Source of the DNA: a bacterium | GTDB taxonomy: Bacteria; UBA8248 | Length of the DNA: 64,000 nucleotides | Reading direction: 5' to 3' | NCBI GenBank assembly: GCA_965203325.1 | Contig: OZ241875.1 | Location: 3,808,001 to 3,872,000 of the forward strand | Shown: positions 50,679 through 59,400 of the stretch, piece after piece | Numbering within the stretch: the first letter of the stretch is position 1 | How the letters are laid out: each line of letters begins with the position of its first letter | Made by a program: the position numbers and the translations under genes | The notes under the pieces: generated by a model | What the model was told of the DNA's origin: nothing | Databases searched by the model: none | What the model saw: the letters and a program-made list of their open reading frames with translations, nothing else

Positions 50679-50760
50679 ATGGCCGAGAGCTTCTTCGCCA
50701 CGCTGGAGTAAAAACTCATCGATCGAAGTTCGTTCTACACTTAGGCCGAAGCGCGTATAA
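50679..50760 (+). pseudogene. Tiny IS3-family transposase fragment
   Basis: MAESFFATLE*KLIDRSSF.T*AEAR. Confidence 0.6.
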
Positions 50761-50955
50761 GGGTATCCACACTGCTAGCCTCGTGTCTCGTTTATAAGTT
50801 CATCGTCGCTGTGATCGACTACGCCGCACGTGCGAATGAGAAGCGAACCCTTGGTGCCTGAATGAACGTTGCCAGACACTGGAACGTAGTCATGATTAAG
50901 CCGCTTCGAGCTGGATTTTAGAGGTCGATCCGACAGAAGTATACGTTCGGTCGCG

Positions 50956-51240
50956 GGGTGATGAGCATCAAAAATCCACCGACCCAAACCGGATACCACG
51001 TGCCATACCAACAACTGCCTCTGAGTCTTGCTGCATTATCACCCCACCAGCGAACGGTTACCGACAGAAACGTACCAGGCTACGCAGAAGTTTGGATTCG
51101 CCCGCTTCCGTTTTGATTACTTATTACAGAAAACAAATCCCCAACGAAACTCGCAAAAAACAAACTATCCATAACAGTTTCAACAAACTACAAGGACTCC
51201 ACCCCCGCTGAAAACCCCCCACCGCCTGAAAACACGCGAA
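50956..51240. repeat. att-like dispersed repeat, copy 2
   Basis: 50956-51063 matches 63377-63487; 51078-51197 matches 46209-46326. Confidence 0.8.
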
Positions 51241-51458
51241 ATCTCTTGTCGATGTCGGTTCCACCGGAAGGACTCCCGCGGCCGTACACGCCACCACGGC
51301 ACCGACGCACGGCGACCCCGCCCGCTGCACCACCTGGCCGATAATGCGAGTGCCGCAGTATCGTCGTTCACCCTAGGGATGCGCAGGTTCGCGTGCTCCT
51401 CGCCCTGGGCGTTACGATGCGTCACACGGAAAGGGTTGCCGACCTCCGCTGACCATCC

Positions 51459-51770
51459 CTACCAGCGCATGGTTCCGCGCAGCGCAACCCCGACTACGGG
51501 TTCATCGCTGTTATCTGTCTCGCGCAAGTTGCCCTCGATGCTCATGGTAAGATGTCGCCCGAGCCTGAAGCGTCCGACGGCGCGGTACGTCCGGCCGCCC
51601 TACGATACCGAGAGGCCGCCATAGGGCGTTAGCACACATCGGTAGGCGTCCAGGCCGTAGCCGACTTCCGCTTCTAGACTCGCGCCGGGGTCGAACGCCC
51701 CTCGGGAGAGGCCCGCCACTTGCACCGAGCAGAGGCGCTCCGCACTGTCAGAAACCGCGCCCAAGCGGTC
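51459..51770 (-). pseudogene. Autotransporter beta-domain C-terminal remnant
   Basis: Reads SAERLCS..GLSRGAFDPGASLEAEVGYGLDA..LTPYGG..*...LRGTMRW*, paralogous to the C-terminus of 56465..61399. Confidence 0.75.
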
Positions 51771-51822
51771 CACCTATTGTGGCTTTCAGGCCCGGCTATT
51801 CGACAGGGACTCGATTTGGTCC

Positions 51823-52980
51823 TCATCCATTGAGGATCTGACCAATGTTTTCACCTTCGAACCAATGAATTTCATTCTTATGCGCTTTCGCGTGCCGCAA
51901 CCGATACAGAACCTCCGGTAGATTCGTATCCCTCGCGAACGGATTGACGTATAAACAGTTGTGTACGTGATGCAAGTTCCACGGAGCGAGGTCCCGAAAC
52001 ATCAAGACGGCGGAAAGCCGTTTGTAGCGCGGTTGGTATCCGCCCCGGATCCAGACTGCGTCCGGCTCACGACCAAGTTCCGGCGAGAGATCAGGGCGGC
52101 CTTCGAAATAGACGATCTGCTCTTTGCCGAACAACGTCTCCAATTCATCGTCTTTATCAAAAAAGGGATCGCATATATTCACCGCCACCACAAGCGGCGC
52201 ATCAAGTTGGCCGTATTTACTTGCCTTATCCAGTATTGCATGCCGAACTGGAGTGGAGTCGTCGGTTACTTCAGTGCGAGCGGGGCCTTTGACGAGCGGT
52301 CGGGACTTGCCATCACCTCGCTTGCCAGGAGCTATCGGTTCAAGCCATCCTCTCAAGCTCCAGGATCCGGACTGAATCGTTCGAAAAGGCGCGGCAAATG
52401 GCCCTGCCACGTCAATCAGGCGTTGAACTTCGTCAGGGTCGTGGGCCGCAAGCAGGTCGATGAACGGCTGAACCACTTGTTTCCGGCTCAAGGCGGTCGA
52501 TAGCTTCCCCTCTACTTGCGTAAAGATATGGAAGTGCGGAGAACTCAGGCTATTGATTTTCGCCACAACGTCTTCTTCCAGTGGATTGCGGGCAAAAGGA
52601 CTCGAGCTGAGATCAATGGCTTTTGTTTCAACATAGAAAGTAAAGTCGCCGTGACGAACCAAAAAGTCCGGTCGCGAGCCCGTGCAGGAAACGTCGGGAT
52701 GCACCTTCACCTTACAATCTAAGCGAGTGAGCAATTCATGGATGAATAATTCAAAAATTGATCCTCGATGACCTCGATCATCTTTTGCGCGAAACCTTCC
52801 CCGAACATCATCGCGAGCCTCGACCGGGAATCGCTGAAACCACGATTCGAGTCGAGCGCGAATCTCGGTTGCCTTGTGATGCGCAGATCGGTTCAGATAT
52901 GAAAAAAACCTTTCATTTTTTTGTCTTGAACTCGTGTCTGTTCGCTTTATGTCATCGAAGAGAGAGAGGCGAGTGGTCAT
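51823..52980 (-). CDS. Hypothetical protein with a PD-(D/E)xK-like motif
   Basis: FELFIHELL...RPDFLV....FYVETK. Confidence 0.6.
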   Translation of the reverse strand: MTTRLSLFDDIKRTDTSSRQKNERFFSYLNRSAHHKATEIRARLESWFQRFPVEARDDVRGRFRAKDDRGHRGSIFELFIHELLTRLDCKVKVHPDVSCTGSRPDFLVRHGDFTFYVETKAIDLSSSPFARNPLEEDVVAKINSLSSPHFHIFTQVEGKLSTALSRKQVVQPFIDLLAAHDPDEVQRLIDVAGPFAAPFRTIQSGSWSLRGWLEPIAPGKRGDGKSRPLVKGPARTEVTDDSTPVRHAILDKASKYGQLDAPLVVAVNICDPFFDKDDELETLFGKEQIVYFEGRPDLSPELGREPDAVWIRGGYQPRYKRLSAVLMFRDLAPWNLHHVHNCLYVNPFARDTNLPEVLYRLRHAKAHKNEIHWFEGENIGQILNG

Positions 52981-53120
52981 GATTTGGTCTTTCCAATGAA
53001 ATGCTCAGCATCATTCACCCGCAATTCTACCGACACGAGTTTCGGCAGCAGGGTATCACGCAGGGCGGTGAGGGCACGATATTCCGCAATGTTGGACTTT
53101 ATTACAGCATCAAAGGACCG
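52977..53120 (-). pseudogene. hsdS: Type I R-M specificity subunit (HsdS) C-terminal remnant
   Basis: LTALRDTLLPKLVS.ELRV is the conserved HsdS C-terminus; cut off at the IS110-type end. Confidence 0.75.
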
Positions 53121-53345
53121 TGAATGGACGCGCCCCAAAATGCAAGCCTTGTCTTGGACAGTTCGGCGCAATACAGTCTGGCTCAGTCGTGTATTCGGCC
53201 TCTCGATTGCGGTGCTTCATCCTGGCCGCGGTCCCGTATGGAGATGCGAGGACCGGGGCCATATCGCTTACGCGAACTTGAAAGGTCTCCGTTCAGCTCT
53301 TGGTTTGCTTGCTCCCGTCTCGATGACCGTAAGTGGACGTACATG
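53121..53345 (-). mobile_element. IS110/IS1111-type non-coding right end (bridge/seek RNA-like region), no transposase, copy 1
   Basis: CAAGTTCGCGTAAGCGATATGGCCCCGGTCC..ATCTCCATACGGG..GGCCGAATACACGACTG..CTTGCATTTTGGGGCGCGTCCAT. Confidence 0.65.
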
Positions 53346-53452
53346 GACACCCACATAGGCTATATATACCCGCACTCGGCGAGTCGATGCAGACGAGCGT
53401 GGCATGATAGGATATATGGCCCGTGATCGGGAGCGGGTGAATCAGGGACAAC

Positions 53453-54505
53453 ATGAGGGATTCGTCGTCCATGATCGTGCCGAACAACGAGGGTAGGGTG
53501 TGCGACGCAGTCCTCAGGACCCTCGAAAAATGGACACGCGAGACGCGCTCGGATGTCCGTCATCCCGATAAGGAGGGAGACACTCCTCCCGTCGATCTGC
53601 GTCTGAAGCTCGGCTCCCGGGAATATGCGATTGAGCACACTCGGGTAGAGTCGATCGAAAATCAGATTACGACCGTGGTCGTCGCGAACCAAATCATCGA
53701 GCACATCAGAAAAGCTATCCCGGAGCCATTCTCAAGCCTGGCCTACTACGAACTGCAATTCCCAACCGACGTTTCCCTGCCCAAAGGCCGAGTCAAAAAA
53801 AGAGAACGAGCACTTGGTGATCTCGTCGAATGGCTCCACGCGAGCGAGAAAACCCTGCACGAGCGGAACTCCGGCCAAATCTTATCAATCCGCAATCCTT
53901 ATCGGTCCGATGATCGTATCCATGGAACCCCGCCGGGATTTGAGTGTGAATTCGAACTGCTGCAATGGCCGAGTGCACGGCTCGTGCAACGAAAGCCAGG
54001 CTCACTCTCGTTCAGGTTCATTCCTCCGGACGATATGGAGGGTCCGCGAGTGGGCAGTCTCCGGCATGCCTTGTCCAGGAAATGCCCCAAGCTTCAGGCC
54101 TGCAAGGCGGACGGCGCGCGTACCGTTCTGGTTTTGGAAAGCGGTGACCCGGGCCTTACGAGCTTCGAATTCCGCGAAGACCTTCTTCCTTCACTGCTAT
54201 CAGCGTGCACAAATACGCCGGACGAGATATTCCTGGTGGAAACCCGCAGAGAACGCTGGTCGGTGCAGTTGCTCAAGCGTGACGAGGCCCATTGGCCTGA
54301 CACCGGAATGCCCGAAATGGGCGGTCTCTACTACGACCCCGCTCCATCGCCCCTGCCGGGTATACCCGAATGGCTTGACAGCTTTCCCCAGGGGATGCGC
54401 TACGCCTTGCAACTGGACCACATGTATACGCCCTTCTTGCCGGGGTGGGCTCCTAAAACCTTCGAGAAAGGCGAATTGTCCGATCTGACGGCAACACCGG
54501 CGTAA
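53453..54505 (+). CDS. Hypothetical protein with a PD-(D/E)xK-like motif
   Basis: NEGRVCD...PVDLRLKLGSREYAIEHT...KCPKL...RTVLVLE. Confidence 0.6.
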   Translation: MRDSSSMIVPNNEGRVCDAVLRTLEKWTRETRSDVRHPDKEGDTPPVDLRLKLGSREYAIEHTRVESIENQITTVVVANQIIEHIRKAIPEPFSSLAYYELQFPTDVSLPKGRVKKRERALGDLVEWLHASEKTLHERNSGQILSIRNPYRSDDRIHGTPPGFECEFELLQWPSARLVQRKPGSLSFRFIPPDDMEGPRVGSLRHALSRKCPKLQACKADGARTVLVLESGDPGLTSFEFREDLLPSLLSACTNTPDEIFLVETRRERWSVQLLKRDEAHWPDTGMPEMGGLYYDPAPSPLPGIPEWLDSFPQGMRYALQLDHMYTPFLPGWAPKTFEKGELSDLTATPA

Positions 54506-54529
54506 CCACCATGCCCGAACAATCATCGA

Positions 54530-54755
54530 AAGACGTGTAAGGGAAAATGGTCAATCAGACAGGAACGGGAAAATCCGGGCATACGAAGAACTCTCAAGCT
54601 CGCGTAAGCGATATGGCCCCGGTCCGCGTATCTCCATACGGGCTCGCGGCGAGTAAAAAAACGTAAAAGAGAAGCCGGACATACGGCTGTACCTGATCAC
54701 CAACCTCGAAGTTTTCAAAAGACTTGCTTGCATCAACTGGCGCGTCCACATATGG
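54530..54755 (+). mobile_element. IS110/IS1111-type non-coding right end, no transposase, copy 2
   Basis: CAAGCTCGCGTAAGCGATATGGCCCCGGTCC..ATCTCCATACGGG..AGCCGGACATACGGCTG..CTTGCATCAACTGGCGCGTCCAC; inverted relative to copy 1. Confidence 0.65.
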
Positions 54756-54929
54756 TTTGTTCTACTTGTCGAGAAATGGTGCCCCAAACTTCTTCACGGG
54801 ATTGGAGACAAACTTGATCGCGGTCGGAAACATGGGCATCGCCGAGCGTGTCACGATATCTTGTCAAAGTTGGCAGACACGAGTAAGGACGAATCGTAAT
54901 TCAACAGTACGATCTGGAGCGGAGGACAA

Positions 54930-55943
54930 GTGAAGCCGAAGTTTGATCCTGCTGAATTTGTTCGACGCGTTGGGCGCGATTTGGTGAGTTCCTTTGAGTC
55001 TGCACGTGAAGCCACTACACCTGGGCTTGTCGGGGGCGCAATCGAAAATGCGGTTCGGAACCGACTAGAGCAGATACTACCGAGAGGAATCGGCGTAGGC
55101 ACCGGCTGCGTGATTGATATTCACGGAGGCACTAGTCGTCAAATAGACGTCGTTTTGTACGAGAAAGAACTGTGCCCAAGATTCTCCGTTAATGAGAATT
55201 CAGAGACAAGTTATTTTCCTGTGGAATCTGTGCTCGCCGTCGGTGAGGTCAAGAGTGTTATCGGGAAAGTGGAACTTAATGACGCTTTCAAGAAAATCGC
55301 TTCCGTGAAATCGCTCTATAGATCATTTGAGAAGATGGATGGCAACGTGTATGTAGGCAGGCGGTATAGCGATAGTGGTTCTGCAACAGCACTTGGGTTT
55401 TATCGAGATAATACCAACTTGGGTGATGTCCTTGGATTCGTACTGGCAGAGAGATCTAATATCACCATAACCTTGCCCGACCCCTCGAAGACACACAAGT
55501 CCGCTCCGAAGGCAACACTCTTGGGGCATTACGTTGAGAATGTAACAACGCTAAACAACGATGTGCTGTGTCCTGATACGGTAGTCTTTCTTGATGGTAC
55601 TGTTTTGGTTCCTTATGCGGCGAACGGATTGACTCCTTATGTAGCCGCCAGAGTGCGAAATGTGCTGCCACATCTTATTCATCCAGTTAAGGCCGATTCG
55701 CCATTCGGAGAACTCATCAAGACAATTTGGAAGCGACACCGGGAAGGAATTACAGCACACATACCACTAGAGAGATACCTGCACTTCGAAGCTAAGACGG
55801 AACCGAAATTGACGTGGGCCGTGATTGCCAATTTTCACCAACCGGACCAAAATGAACTGAAGGTGGGGGAGCGATTAGAAATCACGACACCGACCGACCA
55901 CCTTAGAAGTGATTTGCAGTATCTGGCGAGAAATAGAACATAG
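54930..55943 (+). CDS. DUF6602-like PD-(D/E)xK nuclease-fold protein
   Basis: GGAIE..VR..L..ILP...G.VID...SRQIDVVLYE...FPVESVLAVGEVKS. Confidence 0.7.
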   Translation: MKPKFDPAEFVRRVGRDLVSSFESAREATTPGLVGGAIENAVRNRLEQILPRGIGVGTGCVIDIHGGTSRQIDVVLYEKELCPRFSVNENSETSYFPVESVLAVGEVKSVIGKVELNDAFKKIASVKSLYRSFEKMDGNVYVGRRYSDSGSATALGFYRDNTNLGDVLGFVLAERSNITITLPDPSKTHKSAPKATLLGHYVENVTTLNNDVLCPDTVVFLDGTVLVPYAANGLTPYVAARVRNVLPHLIHPVKADSPFGELIKTIWKRHREGITAHIPLERYLHFEAKTEPKLTWAVIANFHQPDQNELKVGERLEITTPTDHLRSDLQYLARNRT

Positions 55944-56171
55944 CCGAGTTTGTACACCGACTTTGTAAGCGGCGGCAGTTTGATGGTCGTGCCAAAACCA
56001 GTGCAAGCATGAAATCCTGACCGAAAGGAGTTGGACCAAACCCGTGTCCTCAGCACATCGGTAGTAACAGGATATACAAGAAATCCCGATGAATAAGTAG
56101 CATTCTCACCGACCCTAGCGAGACATTGGCCCACATCGTTAACTTTGACTCAGGAGAGCCTGTGGTCCGCT

Positions 56172-56345
56172 CTATCACCTCACGAGCGAACGCTTATCGA
56201 CAAACACCCGCCGGGATACGCAGGAGTTGTAATTCGCTCGCATTCGTTTTGATTACTTGTTGCGGGAGGTGGATTCCGAACGAGACCCGGGGGAAATGAA
56301 TGCTTCTCAATGATATCAACGGGATCAGGGGATTTTACTACCGCC
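56172..56345. repeat. att-like dispersed repeat, copy 3
   Basis: ATCACC.CAC.AGCGAACG.TTA.CGACA...TACGCAG..GTT..ATTCGC.CGC.T.CGTTTTGATTAC shared with copy 2. Confidence 0.7.
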
Positions 56346-56464
56346 GGAAGTCCTCCACCCTCTGAAAACACGCGGGAGAGCGGGATGCGCGCCCCCTCCC
56401 GCCGGGAGGGGGACCGCGATGAAGCGGGCCGGGAGGAACGGCCTGCGCCACCCCCGGTCCGCCC

Positions 56465-59400
56465 CTACCACCGCTTCGAGCCTTTGAGCAGGAGGCCGCC
56501 TTCGGGTCTCCCGCCGCCGGCCTGTTCGGTGAGGCTCGCCTCGAGGCTCACCTCTGTGGCCGCCCCGGGCTTCCACCGCGCGCCAGCGCGCCAGGTCTCC
56601 CCGGACCCTGTGACCGCCACGCCCGTATAGGGCGTCAGCAGCCCCCGCGGGGCGTCCAGACCCCAGGCCGCCTCGGCCTCGAAACCCGCGGCGCCCGGCT
56701 CGAACGCACCGCCCGGCGAGAGGCCCGCCGCCTGCGACCAGAGCCGCTCCGCACCGCCGGTGGAGGCGCCCCACGAGGAGCCCGCCCGAAGCGTGAGGCC
56801 CCGTCCCCCGGAGCCCGGAGCGTACGCCACCGAGGCGCTCACGCCCCATTCCTCATAACCGCTCTCGCCGTGGGAGAGCAGGCTCCGCGCGCGCAACTCC
56901 GTCGTCAGGGCCCCCGAGGCCCAGCGGACCGAGCCGCCGGCCTCCACCCCGCCGCCCGTCTCCGCGTCGCCCGAATCGTTCCGGAACCCTATCTCCAGCG
57001 AGGGCGTCAGCACCGCATCGCCGAACCTGAGCGAGCGCGAACCCTCCAGCACGAGGCGCACGCGGCTCGTCTCCGCCTCGGTCTCCGCCAGGCCCGCCGC
57101 AGCGTCCGAGCGCGTGTTCGTCACCAGGACGTCCGCGCGAAGCGCGAGCTCGAACCCGCCCGCCTCGCGCGCGGGCAGAACGACCCCGCGCGCCCCGGCC
57201 GCCGCCATGCCCATCGCCACGTCGGCCTCCACCGGGGACGACCCCCCGGGCGTGAGCGTCATCTCCCCCTGCCCGTGGCCCACAGCGCCCCAGAGCGAGA
57301 ACGTCCCGCTCACACGGTAGCGCGCGTAGGGGTAGACGCCCGTCAGGGCGCTCTCCACCTCGCCCGCGCAGCCCGTATCGCACGCGCCGCCCGCCTTGTA
57401 CGAGCCGTCGCCCGAACTCCGCGAGAGCGCCACGCCCACCAGCCAGCGCGCCCGCTCGTAGTCGAAGCCCACGGTCGCCGTCGTCACGTCGCCCTCCAGC
57501 GAGAGATCGCCCTCGGCGCCCTCGAACGAGGAGCGCGCGCCCCGGCCCCACAGCGACCAGCGCGAGCCGGCGTCCCCGCCGCCGGCCGAGGCCATATGAA
57601 ACGAACTCGCGAGGAGGAGGTCGGACATCGCGACCTCGCGCACCGAAGGCGCTTGCGCCTCCCCGCCGCGCCCGAGCCGGACCTCCCTCTCCTTGAGGAG
57701 GGCCTCGGCGAGGCGCGACTCGATGGCCTCGCGCTCCGCCTTGCCCGTGAGGCTGTGGCCGCCCAGCACGACGCCCGCGGCGGCGCCGCCCGAAAGGCGT
57801 CCGTCAATCGCCTCGGCGACGTGGCCCGCCGCCGCGCGCCCGAACCGCGCCAGCCACATCGCCTGCAGCGGGTCCTCGTTGCGGATGACCCCCTTCGCCT
57901 TGCTGTGCACGTTCCTGAGATACGCGCCCCGCGGGTTCGAGAGCAGAAGCCGCATCGTCTCCTTGCCCTCGTCGATGGCGTCGTCGAGCACCGGCACCGA
58001 GACCGTCTTCGCCGTCTCGCCCGCCGCAAAGGTCAACGTGCCCGAGGTGGCCGTGTAGTCCGCCCCCGCCGTCGCCGTGCCGTCCTCGGTCGCGTAGTCC
58101 ACCGAGACGTCATGCGCCGCCGCGCGGTTGAGCGTCACCGCGAAGTCGAGCGATTCGTCCTTGCCCTCCTTCGCCCTGGCGCCCTCGATGCGGATGCGCA
58201 CCGGGCCGCCGATGGTTGCCGACGCACTGTTCGACAGCGCCCGTCCGTCGGCGGTGCAGATTGCCCCGGACACGGCGCAGTCCGCCGGCTGGAGGAGCGT
58301 GATCGTCACGTCCTTCCAGGCGTTGGCCTTCTTCGGCGTCACAGTCACGGTGTACCGCGTGCCCGACCCGCTGACGCTGGCTTTCCCCGGCGCCACCTTG
58401 AAGGAGGCCGCCACCGGCAGGTTGCCGGCGCCCGGCGCCTCGCTCAGCGTGAGGTCGAAGGTGAACGCCGTGCCGTCATGCTCCGAAGGAACGTTCTCGA
58501 ACGCCGCCGTCAGCGGCTCCGTGCGCTGCTGCTGTTGTTGCTGCGCCTGCTGCTGCTGCGCCGCCTGCCGCGTCACCGTGACCTCGTAGGTCTTCTCCAC
58601 GCCCGTCCCCGCCGTGGTCTTCACCACGAGAACGTTGGCGCCGACCGCCAGCGCGACCGCGGGACCGGACCCGCCGCTCCGCACACGGGTCAGCGCCGTG
58701 CCGCTGCCCGCCCGGAGCGTCAGGTCCTCGTCCGCCGTCGCCGGCACAAGCCGCGCATGCGTCGTCCCGTGCGGCACCGTCACCGCATACGCCGTCGTCT
58801 CCGCCGCGAACGCGCCGAGGTCCAGCTTCGCCCACGGCCCGCCGGCGCCCGGGGCGCCCTCGACCGACAGCCCGTCCAGATGCGCCTCGTCGTTCAGGAT
58901 CTCGACCACCGCCCGGCCGTAACCCGGCGCGATGGTTGCGCCCGACGGGTTCGACAGCACCACATAGAACGTTTCCCCGCTGTCCTCCACGTCGTCGTCG
59001 AGGACGTAAAACTGCACCTGTTTGCGCGTCTCGCCCGGCGCGAAGGTCACCGTCGAGGGAGCCATAGAGTAGTCCGCGTCCAGCGTCGCCGTGCCTTCCT
59101 CCGACGTGTAGTACACCGACACCGGGCTTGTCGACGAGCGGCTGAGCCAGAACGTAATGTCGTGGCCAGAGAGGAAATTATTGTCATCCTCGCGCCCCGC
59201 GGCGGGCCACGCGCCCACCTGCACCGCGCCGCCGTCGTCGCTCACGGTGACGAAGACGCCCTCCGTCCCGTCCGCGCTCCCGTAGTCGGTGTCCGTGCTC
59301 GAGACCAGGGCCAGGATCATCAGGTGCTCGTGGTCGCCGTCGCTGTCCTGCACCCCGGTGACGGTCACCGTCTGGGCTTGACTCCAGTTGGTCGACGTGA

